Shown here: in pieces, positions 28,236 to 36,451 of the stretch
Layout of the letters: every line of letters starts with the position of its first letter
Position numbering within the stretch: position 1 is the stretch's first letter
Source of the DNA: an uncultured Collinsella sp.
GTDB lineage: Bacteria > Actinomycetota > Coriobacteriia > Coriobacteriales > Coriobacteriaceae
Reading direction: 5' to 3'
Length of the DNA: 64,000 nt
Assembly: GCA_900541185.1 (NCBI GenBank)
Contig: UQIQ01000001.1
Span: forward strand, 6,921 to 70,920
Translations under genes and position numbers: made by a program
Notes under the pieces: generated by a model
Database searches by the model: none
Seen by the model: only the letters and a program-made list of their open reading frames with translations
Told to the model about the DNA's origin: nothing

Positions 28236-29627
28236 ATGTTTGTCGGAAGAACAGCGGAAATGTCCGAGCTCAATCGACTGTATGGCACGGACTCCTTTGA
28301 GATGCCTGTGATTTACGGCCGCCGTCGTGTGGGTAAAACGCGCCTTATCACAGAGTTCATCCAAGGCAAGAAGGCTATTTACTTTCAAGCTCGTCGTACC
28401 AATGCGGAGGCAAACCTGCACGGCTTTAGCCAGGCGATACTTGCAGGCTCGGTTGGTGCTGCAGGCGTGTCGTTTCGTAGTTTTGACGAGGCGTTCGATG
28501 CATTGGTCACCATGGCTCGAACGGAGCGTTTGATTGTCGTGATTGACGAGTATCCCTATCTCGCCCAATCGAATCCCGAGATCAGCTCGTTGCTGCAAGA
28601 CAAGATCGACCACTTATACAAAGAGACCAGGCTAATGCTGGTCCTATGCGGCTCGTCTCTTTCGTTTATGGAGGAACAGGTGTTGGGCTACGAGAGCCCA
28701 CTATACGGTAGGCGTACGGCCCAGTTTAAGATCATGCCGCTCGATTTTACGACGACCTTCGGGTTGTGGCAGAGCATGGGTCGCGAAGACGCTGCAGTTT
28801 GCTATGGCATGACAGGTGGCATTCCTGCATATATCGAGAAAGTCGATCCTGCCGCACCGCTCAAGGACAACATCAAACGTCTTTTTCTTACTCCTACGGG
28901 CTATCTCTTTGAGGAGCCGAGTAACCTGCTATTGCAAGAGTGCCGCAATCCCGAACAATATGATGCGATCGTACAGGCAATTGCCCAGGGACGCTCGAAG
29001 AACTCGGAGATTGCGAGCTCTACGGGAATCCCTGCGAGCAACGTAAAGAGCTATGTGGATAAGCTGGCGTCGCTTGGGATTGTCGAGCGCGAGCTGCCCC
29101 TAAACGAGACGAGCAATAAGCGAGCCGTGTATCTGCTGAGCGATCAGATGTTTAGGTTCTGGTACAAGTTTGTTCCGCAGAACATCGGGCTGATTCAAAA
29201 CGATATGGCCGCGATGGCGTATAAGCGCATTGAGCCGCATCTGTCCGACTATATGGGCGCGGTTTTTGAGCTTATCTGCCGGCAGTACGTGTACGAACTT
29301 GCGCGCGCGGGCGAGCTCGATGTGATTCCGGCAACGGTGGGCCGTTGGTGGGGAACGGACAATCGGACGCGTACGCAGGAAGAGATCGATTTGATTGTCG
29401 ACGACGGAGAGGGCGCGGCGCTCTTTGCGGAGTGCAAATGGCGTAACGAACCGGTAGGCGAGGATGTTCTGGAAAAGCTCGTGTACCGAAGCGAGCTCTT
29501 TAGGCGGCAGCATAAAAGCTACGTGATCTTCTCGAAGCGTGGCTTTACGCAAAGATGTCAGGAAGCTGCGGCGAGCAGGGGAGATGCCAAGCTGATTTCG
29601 TTTGCCGAGATGTGTGAGCGGAGATAA
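28236..29627 (+). CDS. AAA+ ATPase of the 'archaeal ATPase' + DUF234 type
   Basis: FVGRTAEMSELNRLYGTDSFEMPVIYGRRRVGKTRLITEF (Walker A) and VVIDEYPYL (Walker B), plus a C-terminal DUF234-like region. AAGGAAGGA RBS. The 27717 ORF extension through the repeats was rejected. Confidence 0.85.
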   Translation: MFVGRTAEMSELNRLYGTDSFEMPVIYGRRRVGKTRLITEFIQGKKAIYFQARRTNAEANLHGFSQAILAGSVGAAGVSFRSFDEAFDALVTMARTERLIVVIDEYPYLAQSNPEISSLLQDKIDHLYKETRLMLVLCGSSLSFMEEQVLGYESPLYGRRTAQFKIMPLDFTTTFGLWQSMGREDAAVCYGMTGGIPAYIEKVDPAAPLKDNIKRLFLTPTGYLFEEPSNLLLQECRNPEQYDAIVQAIAQGRSKNSEIASSTGIPASNVKSYVDKLASLGIVERELPLNETSNKRAVYLLSDQMFRFWYKFVPQNIGLIQNDMAAMAYKRIEPHLSDYMGAVFELICRQYVYELARAGELDVIPATVGRWWGTDNRTRTQEEIDLIVDDGEGAALFAECKWRNEPVGEDVLEKLVYRSELFRRQHKSYVIFSKRGFTQRCQEAAASRGDAKLISFAEMCERR

Positions 29628-29647
29628 CCAAGCGCTCTGATGTGATG

Positions 29648-29935
29648 CTCGGAATGGGACGTGCTTTCCGGATCGCCCCTCAAGCGGAAGCTGCGTCCCG
29701 GATTCTGGCTCCAGAGTGGGATACCGTTTCCGGTTGAGGTCTCTGGCGGAAGCTGTATCCCGGAATCGAGCTTCAGAGTGGGACGTGCTTTCCCGTCAGG
29801 AGCTCAAGTGGAGACTGCGTCCCGGGCTCATGCCTCGGAATGGGACGTGCTTTCCGGATGGGCTTCAAGCGGAAACTGTGTCCCAGAATCGACATGGCTT
29901 CAAGTGGAAAGCGCGTCTCAGAATGCCGCGCCGGC
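29648..29935 (+). repeat. 62-bp palindromic-unit minisatellite, array 3 (about 5 units, last unit truncated)
   Basis: Half-sites at 29685, 29747, 29809 and 29870, then a 35-bp truncated unit at 29905. The array starts 20 nt after the ATPase stop. Confidence 0.9.
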
Positions 29936-30485
29936 GTTTTTAGCGGTCGTGGTTGGAAAGGGAAGCATTGCCTACACACGTGACGACGGCGTGGCGGTGA
30001 TCCCCATGGCGGCACTTGGGGCGTAGTGGTTTTGCGGGCGTGCCGTGCTTCCTTTACCGAAAATCCATTTGGTAAACTAGATGCTCGCGGATAGAATAAA
30101 GTTGACGGCAGCCCAAGTGGTGAAGAGCTGGGCAGCGCCGTTGCTTGGTCAAGAGGTCAGTGCCTTAATGGCAGCGACTTGTTATGCTTCGAATGCTGCT
30201 TGAGTGCCTCGGAAAGTTCGATAAGCGCCGTGAAGAGCAAGACCAAAGCAACCAAGAGCTCTACGAGCTCTGATGGGCCCGGGATGACCGCTGATTCAAG
30301 TCACCGGGCCTAAATCTTTTTCATGCATTTGAATAGAGCGGTCGACTCTCTTGGGGCCGTCTGCATGGCGTGTGCTTGGCGCATGGTATATTGCGTCCCG
30401 CTTTCATGTCCGCACGGGTTCCTATCCTTACGGCAATGTAGCCGCCTATGTAACGAGCGGCAGTTGACGGAGAAAGGCCCTGACC

Positions 30486-31220
30486 GTGCCAGACAAAAAG
30501 ACGCCGGATATCTCGGCTATCGATACGACGAACTTTGCGCGCCAGATTGTGCTGGACTTTGAGTTTGCGCCGGTGCCAAAGCAGCGCCAGCGACGTGGGC
30601 TGCGCAATGAGATTATCGAGGTCGGCGCCGTCAAGCTCGATTGCCACGGCAACGTTATGGGCGAGTTCTCGCAGTTTGTGCAGACGGAATTTACCGAAGG
30701 CGTTGCGTTTTCCGTCCGCGAGCTTACGGGGATATCGGCCGTGGACACTGCGATGGCCGATCCGCTCTACATGGTAATCAAAAGGCTCAGCGATTGGATC
30801 GGTCGCTACTCCGCACAGGTAGTTTGCTGGAGCGGGGCGGACCGTCGACAGCTTTTGACCGAGTGCCAGGCAAAGCACATTGATCTTTCCGCATTTCCTA
30901 CGGACTGGGCCGACCTGCAGGCGTTTTACACCTCGATCATGGACGTGGGCAGCCACGGGTGCGTCTCTTTGAGTGACGCGGCGACGTGGTTTGGCATCGA
31001 GTTCGACGAGCCGACGGGTCACGCCCACAGCGCCCTTGCCGATGCGCGCGTGACCGCCAAGCTGCTCAAGCAGGTGATGGACGGGGACTACCGCGTGAGC
31101 CCGCGCGCCCAGGAAGTCCGCCAGCGGTGGGGGATGGGCGAGCGAGCTCAGACGCGCCTTTCTAGCAAGTGCCCCGAGCTGGGCGACCTGCTGCTGAAGC
31201 TGAAGGCGGCGGGAAGGTAG
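30486..31220 (+). CDS. DEDD-family 3'-5' exonuclease (DnaQ/KapD-like)
   Basis: Exo I LDFEF, Exo II-like VCWSGADRR, and Exo III HSALADARVTAKLL. GTG start. Confidence 0.8.
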   Translation: MPDKKTPDISAIDTTNFARQIVLDFEFAPVPKQRQRRGLRNEIIEVGAVKLDCHGNVMGEFSQFVQTEFTEGVAFSVRELTGISAVDTAMADPLYMVIKRLSDWIGRYSAQVVCWSGADRRQLLTECQAKHIDLSAFPTDWADLQAFYTSIMDVGSHGCVSLSDAATWFGIEFDEPTGHAHSALADARVTAKLLKQVMDGDYRVSPRAQEVRQRWGMGERAQTRLSSKCPELGDLLLKLKAAGR

Positions 31221-31261
31221 GGGCGTTAGCTGTCTGCATGGCGCGTGCCTGTCGCGTATCG

Positions 31262-32497
31262 TTACTCTTCCTGCTGCTTGGCAGGCAAGATGTAGACGTT
31301 CTCGGCGTCCACGGCGATCTGCGCGGGGCGGTTGTAGAGGGTGTCGATCTCCTTTACGCTCTGCTTGAACGGCGTGACGTCGGGCGTCTTTGCCTGATGG
31401 AGCTTTTCGAGGAGTTTCTCGGATTGCTTGTCGTTGAACTTTCCGATGCTCTCTCCTGCGCCTTCGAGCGCCTCGTCGATGAGTGTATGGTCGCCCACGG
31501 GGGTCTTTGCGATGGCGTGACCGAGCAATTTGCCCGCGGACGCGATACCGCCCAGCAGTGCCGCATCGACGGTGTCGACAGCCCCCGCTTCGAGTGCGTT
31601 GTAGCAGTCGGTGTAGAGCTCGCGGTACGCGATCGAATCAGCCTCGATCTTCGCAGTGGCGTCCGCGAGCTTTGCGGGCTCGAAGTTCTGGGCGAGCATG
31701 GGTTCGAGGAACAGCGAGAACGCGTGGATGTAGGTGGCGAGCTGGCAGTCTTTGAGGTAGTCGAGCACCTTGTCGAGGCGTCTGCCCAAGCCGTCTCGCA
31801 CCTCGATGAACCCTTTCTTTTTCAGATCCGCCTGTGCCTGCGAGCGGAAGAGTTCCATGTCCTGCGCGGACGACTGCTTGATGTCGAGCACCTTCATATG
31901 GGCGTTTGCCATGTAGGTGGCGTTGCCGTAGTTGAGGCCGTAACCGTTGAGGATGTCTGCGAGCGTCTTGAGGTTGCCACGCATGTTGGCCTTGTCGCGC
32001 TGACGCATGTACTCGAACATTTCGTCGACGGACTCCTGGATGGAGTCGAGCTTTTGGTTTATCTGCGCGATTGCGGCTGCCATGAATAGCGATGTTGGAT
32101 CGTAAGGCACCTGCGTGACGCTCGTGGCGATGTCGCCCTCGACTACGTGGAAGCGCGCCTGCCCAAGGCCCTTGGCGGCGTCGCGGTAGCCCCCTGTGAG
32201 ACCGCTGCCGTCCTTGAACGTGTTGAGTTTCGACGGATCGAGCGGGTTACCATATTTGTCAGTCGCCTGGAGCAGCGTGGGCACACTCACCGTGTTGGTG
32301 ACGGTGCGAAACATCGAGCGGAGCGAGGCGAACGCCACGCCGAGTTGGGGAATTCGCTCGAGCGGTAGCTTGATGGCGCCGGAGACGTCCACCCGCTTCT
32401 GAGTGAGCGCGAGGTGGATTTTGGTCGATGCGAGCTGTTTTGCCACGAGCTCCTCTCGGCCGTCGTTCGCCGAGGGTTTGGTCTTGTTGTCTGCCAT
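31262..32497 (-). CDS. Hypothetical protein (411 aa, predicted soluble, helix-rich)
   Basis: Long ORF with coding-like composition. AAGGAG RBS 6 nt before the ATG at 32497. No family recognised. Confidence 0.6.
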   Translation of the reverse strand: MADNKTKPSANDGREELVAKQLASTKIHLALTQKRVDVSGAIKLPLERIPQLGVAFASLRSMFRTVTNTVSVPTLLQATDKYGNPLDPSKLNTFKDGSGLTGGYRDAAKGLGQARFHVVEGDIATSVTQVPYDPTSLFMAAAIAQINQKLDSIQESVDEMFEYMRQRDKANMRGNLKTLADILNGYGLNYGNATYMANAHMKVLDIKQSSAQDMELFRSQAQADLKKKGFIEVRDGLGRRLDKVLDYLKDCQLATYIHAFSLFLEPMLAQNFEPAKLADATAKIEADSIAYRELYTDCYNALEAGAVDTVDAALLGGIASAGKLLGHAIAKTPVGDHTLIDEALEGAGESIGKFNDKQSEKLLEKLHQAKTPDVTPFKQSVKEIDTLYNRPAQIAVDAENVYILPAKQQEE

Positions 32498-32679
32498 AGC
32501 GCGCTCCTTGCTTACGTTGATAGTCGTGGGCATTATCTCATCGTCTGGTGGCTTGCTAGAGCGGGGTAGAGGCCGAGCGTCTGGCGAAACTCGTTAACTG
32601 ATTGCATTTCAGCGGATTGGGTTGATTATAAGAGAAGGACGGCTATCCATCTGCCCTTCCCAGTTGAGTTCGCTTTGAG

Positions 32680-34494
32680 CTACTGTTCGTGCCTATGCTG
32701 CTTGGGCTCAAGCCTTCTCGCTGCCGTGAAGCAGGCCGTGGCCGCCATGGCCAATGCGATGCTGGCCATCCAAGTGGAGTCGCCGGTTGCAGCGAGCTTT
32801 GGTTCATCGGCTGTCGTGCGTCCCGACTTTTTTGTAGCCGCCTCGTCGGCGTCCTTTTCAGGAGTGGCAGGATCACTTTTGTTGTCGCCGGGTGAATCTA
32901 CGTCGGTCTTTCCGCCCGCCTGCTCCCCTTGGGCCTTCCCCTCCACGGTGAAGGACGCATCGGTCGCCGTCCCGTCCTTCCAGACGGCCGTGACGGTGTG
33001 TCCGCCGCCGGCGAGCGTGTCCAGGTAGGACGGCCTGAGCTCGATAATCGTGCTGCCCCTGGTTGCGGTGTAGTTCTCGGCGGAGACCTCAGTTCCGTCC
33101 ACGAGGAGACGCGTGAACTCATCGAGAGGACCGCTGAAGCGGAAGGTCAGACCGGCCTCGCCGTCCTTTGCATACGCCTGCCCGTCGCCCTTGGTGGCGG
33201 CATACAGCGGAGCGGTCACGTCGAAGGTGACGTCCCCCGCGTCGTCGACATCAAAGGTCTGAACGCCGGTCTTGCCGTTACGCTCGGCGTAGGCGGAGCT
33301 GTAGACGAAGGTCTCGTGGCCCGTCTTGTCGAGGACCGCGAGGGCTTGGATTTCAAACGAGCCCATCGAGAGCGACGTGGGGAACTCGATTTCGATATAG
33401 CCCCTTGCCGCATCGTAGCTGCAGCTCAACGTTTTGCGGGTCTTTAAAGAGTTCGGGTCCTCGACATAGCCGGGGTCGCCGAGGATCGGGGAGACAGACT
33501 TTACGCCGTCCGCGTCGCCTACATTGCAATAGATACGGAGGATCCCGCCGACGGGGACCCTCTTCGCGGAGATGGAAACGTTCGAGACCGTGGGCGGGTT
33601 CCGGTCGATCGCGCTGCCGGTCACCTCGAAGCACAGCTCGCTCGGGTCGCCAACCGAGAAAGTCGCGCCCGAAATGCCGTTGGCCCTGGCGTAGGAACTC
33701 TCGTACACATCGGTCTCGAACCCTAGGCCATCGGTGACCGAAAGGCCGATCAGCCTGTGCCTTCCGATCCTATTGCTGTCGAATGTGAGGTCAAACCCGT
33801 CGATGGACGAGCCTCCGTGATAATAGGCTGACGAAACAGAGCAGCCGTCGTCCGAATTCTCCCAGCCCTGCCGCAGTATGGGGGAAACGGAGCGAACGCC
33901 GTCGGCATCGGAGACGGTCCAAGAGATGTGGAAGTCGGCACCGGTTGCGACCTCCCTGCTCGAGAGCGACACGGAGGACACGGTCGGCGGGTTTTGGTCC
34001 TCGGGTCCCTCGGTCACCTCATACTCGAGGGGGTCGGTGGTGAAGGTCGGACAGTCGAGCCCCTTCTCCTCGGCATACGTCGTGTCGTAGACATCGGTAA
34101 CCCATCCAAGACTATCGGTCACGCCGAGGCCGATGATCCGGTACCTGCAGGGCCGGTCGCTCGGGGAGGTGGAGATATCGAAGCCCGCGGTCGTGTTGCC
34201 GGTCGACGAGAAGGCGAGACGGGAACTGATTCCATGGTCTCCGGTATCGTTTTCGACAAGGACTTCGACTATGGGCGTGACGGACCGTACCCCGTCAGGG
34301 TCATCGACGCTATAGCCGACATGCAGCGTGGAGCCGGCCGTGACTGTCGTCGCGGATATCGTCACGTTGGAGATGCTGGGCGGGTTCGGGTCCGACGCGG
34401 CTAGGGCGGTTGAGGGCAAAGCAAGCGCTACGGTGGCGGACAGCGAGGCGAGCAGGCTAAGCGCGAAGCGCCTGGAGAATTTCAAGGAGGTCAT
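32680..34494 (-). CDS. Cell-wall-anchored surface protein with three ~140-aa repeats
   Basis: Signal peptide (ALALPSTALAA). Three repeats start at NPPSISNVTISA, NPPTVSSVSLSS and NPPTVSNVSISA, each with D(A/P)DGV(R/K)SV(S/T)P. C-terminal LAATG + hydrophobic helix + RRLEPKQHRH tail (sortase signal). Confidence 0.8.
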   Translation of the reverse strand: MTSLKFSRRFALSLLASLSATVALALPSTALAASDPNPPSISNVTISATTVTAGSTLHVGYSVDDPDGVRSVTPIVEVLVENDTGDHGISSRLAFSSTGNTTAGFDISTSPSDRPCRYRIIGLGVTDSLGWVTDVYDTTYAEEKGLDCPTFTTDPLEYEVTEGPEDQNPPTVSSVSLSSREVATGADFHISWTVSDADGVRSVSPILRQGWENSDDGCSVSSAYYHGGSSIDGFDLTFDSNRIGRHRLIGLSVTDGLGFETDVYESSYARANGISGATFSVGDPSELCFEVTGSAIDRNPPTVSNVSISAKRVPVGGILRIYCNVGDADGVKSVSPILGDPGYVEDPNSLKTRKTLSCSYDAARGYIEIEFPTSLSMGSFEIQALAVLDKTGHETFVYSSAYAERNGKTGVQTFDVDDAGDVTFDVTAPLYAATKGDGQAYAKDGEAGLTFRFSGPLDEFTRLLVDGTEVSAENYTATRGSTIIELRPSYLDTLAGGGHTVTAVWKDGTATDASFTVEGKAQGEQAGGKTDVDSPGDNKSDPATPEKDADEAATKKSGRTTADEPKLAATGDSTWMASIALAMAATACFTAARRLEPKQHRHEQ

Positions 34495-34818
34495 TGGTGG
34501 TGCCGATCTTCCATAATTGTTGCAGCGATACCAGTATATCTTTGGCCCATGCTAGCCAGATGTTCTTTCCGCGAACGGCTCGTTAGTTTAGAGACGGCAT
34601 ATGGACGCCTGTCTCGTCCACGTTTCTCGTAAGGGCGATTATAAGGACATGAAGAGACTTTCTCGGAACAATCAATTGGGGATATCAAAGAAATGCTGGA
34701 CGCCTCCTGATCGCTCAATGCCTTTGAGGTGAAATGCGGCGCATCGGCTACGTTGTTGAGATCATTTATCGAGCGATACGTCATTCCAGCTGAGGCCACC
34801 GTCATGAGGCTTCTGTTC

Positions 34819-35244
34819 CTACACCCCCCCCGCAATCCCGCGCGCGGCACCCAACAGCGCGTACTCCCTCTCGCTCCACTGGCACAGCTCGGCAGTCTCG
34901 ACGGCGTCGCGACACAGGTCCAGAAACACCTCAGCTCCCTCGCAGAAGCACTCGCGGGCAAAGTCACCCGAACCGCTTGCGACGCACGTGCCGTCGGCAA
35001 ACAGCTTCCAGCTAGACAGCTCGCGCGAGTCGTCTCCAAGCAGCTTGATCTGCAGCACGTGCGGGTCGCCGGCGGCGCAGAGCTCTTCCTCGAGCACCTG
35101 CACGGTAAAGCGCATCTGGTGGGAGAGGCTGTTCTTGACCATGGCCGAGGCATAGCCGCTCGGCTCGTCCAGAAGATGCATTCGTTTTGGCTTGGCTGCC
35201 AGGTTGTGGAAGTTGCGCTCACTGCGCACGGAGAAATTGTCCAT
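34819..35244 (-). CDS. Hypothetical small Cys-rich protein (141 aa)
   Basis: AAAGGAG RBS 5 nt before the ATG at 35244. It is the 3' part of the artefactual 502-aa track ORF. No family recognised. Confidence 0.5.
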   Translation of the reverse strand: MDNFSVRSERNFHNLAAKPKRMHLLDEPSGYASAMVKNSLSHQMRFTVQVLEEELCAAGDPHVLQIKLLGDDSRELSSWKLFADGTCVASGSGDFARECFCEGAEVFLDLCRDAVETAELCQWSEREYALLGAARGIAGGV

Positions 35245-35461
35245 ACGGACTCCTTTCATCGATGTTGGCAGGGCCACCGTGCCTCTTGGCCGGTTGGCGT
35301 CGGGATCGTGGAGCCAACTCTCTACCCCGACTCTGGATAAAACGCGCCCGCTGCTTGCGGGCACGATGGAGTCTATCAGCACGCGCGGACAAAAATCAAC
35401 CCCGTGCGGCAATGAGCGCACGGGGTTGATCTGGTCTACGACCCTCAGTTTTCGGCATCTG

Positions 35462-36451
35462 TTACTCGTCGTCCCCGTCGTTGGGGTCGCCCTTGAGGGT
35501 GTTGATGTCCAGGTACTGGTTATCGTCCTCTTTTTGCTGGGTCTCCGACTCCGCTTGGGTGGGGCCGCGGAACAGTTGGAATCCCTCAAATGCAATGACA
35601 CCGAGCAGGGCAATGATAATGGCGATAAAGGCAACCTTGACTGCCTGCGGAAATTCCGAGAAACGCAGTGCCTTTTCCTCGGCGTAATAATCGGCGAAGC
35701 GCTCTTCGCCCGTGCTTTTGGTATACGCCGGCGCGGACGCGGCCTCCGGGTCATATTCCGGTGCGGGCGTGGCAGCGTACGGATCGTCGAGATAATCGCT
35801 CGACGCGGTGCCATAGTCCTCGGTCTCGATGCGACTGTTGCCAGCATAGCCATCGGAATAATCGGAATATGCCGTACCGCCCTCATAGTCTGCGGCGCTC
35901 GTGTTGGCGGCAAAAAGCGGGTTAACTGGAACGTCGAGCGCCGGCATGCCGGTAGAGGTCTCATCCAGATCGGTTGCAGCCCAGGAATCGTAGGCAACCT
36001 GATGGGCAACGGGCTCATCGAGCCTTGCGACCGGAGGCTTGCGTGCCGCAGGAACAGGCAACTGCTGGGCGCTGTACATAACAGTGCTGTCGGCCGATTT
36101 GCCCTGCGTCGCTGCTGCGAGAAATGCCGCCGTCTCGGATGGGTCACTTGCGGGGCGGGGAGCGGGCGTGGGCGCCGAAGTGGGTGCGGGTGTAGGCGCG
36201 GGCGTCGAAACAGCCGACTGCGCAGGAGTCGGCGCAGATGCGGTCTTAGGCGCAAGTGCGGGATTGGGGCTTGACGGGCGAGCCGCGCCGCCGCCCATGA
36301 GTTCGTCGGCGGTCCACGGGCGATCATCCATCACATCGTCAAGGCTCAGCGAAAACAGGTCGTCTTCACCCTCATCGAACATGCGGTGCACATGTCCACC
36401 AATTGCCGGAATCAATCCGCGACCGGTGCATGATGCCTTGCTCAACGCCAT
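35462..36451 (-). CDS. Pro/Ala/Thr-rich protein with a single C-terminal transmembrane helix
   Basis: Low-complexity PAPTPAPTSAPTPAP region, acidic Tyr-rich segment, TM helix VAFIAIIIALLGVIAF. Start at 36451 has an AAGGA RBS. Confidence 0.6.
   Translation of the reverse strand: MALSKASCTGRGLIPAIGGHVHRMFDEGEDDLFSLSLDDVMDDRPWTADELMGGGAARPSSPNPALAPKTASAPTPAQSAVSTPAPTPAPTSAPTPAPRPASDPSETAAFLAAATQGKSADSTVMYSAQQLPVPAARKPPVARLDEPVAHQVAYDSWAATDLDETSTGMPALDVPVNPLFAANTSAADYEGGTAYSDYSDGYAGNSRIETEDYGTASSDYLDDPYAATPAPEYDPEAASAPAYTKSTGEERFADYYAEEKALRFSEFPQAVKVAFIAIIIALLGVIAFEGFQLFRGPTQAESETQQKEDDNQYLDINTLKGDPNDGDDE

Noticed and set aside
26158-29935. CRISPR array interpretation of the three repeat arrays (the 62-bp period is in the CRISPR range).
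   Set aside because: The would-be spacers are themselves conserved. They are the inverted copy of the repeat plus conserved linkers. There is no unique spacer content, no cas genes in the window, and no leader-like asymmetry.
26158-29935. Integron-like gene cassettes with the hairpin arrays acting as attC sites.
   Set aside because: No intI-type integrase or attI is present. The two genes are in opposite orientations. Each site is a multi-unit tandem array rather than a single attC.
26093-30026. Track ORFs running through the arrays (26093-26488, 26136-26543, 27717 extension of the ATPase, 27784-27981, 29661-30026 and others) as repeat-containing proteins.
   Set aside because: The 62-bp period is not a multiple of 3, so the encoded peptide changes frame from unit to unit. 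Open frames occur on several frames and both strands, as expected for GC-rich non-coding DNA. The ATPase has a good RBS and family-typical N-terminus at 28236.
29944-30026. Pseudogene remnant: the tail ..VVVGKGSIAYTRDDGVAVIPMAALGA* resembles the C-terminus of DUF4143-type AAA ATPases.
   Set aside because: Only about 27 codons are present, the resemblance is from memory alone, and there is no upstream continuation because it runs straight into repeat array 3. It is worth a tblastn check but is not reportable as a feature.
30030-30485. Small ORFs in the 545-bp gap before the exonuclease gene (for example the 29-aa MLRMLLECLGKFDKRREEQDQSNQELYEL at about 30186).
   Set aside because: There is no RBS, the ORFs are very short, and the hydrophobic minus-strand frame has no start codon. 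The region is treated as non-coding promoter DNA.
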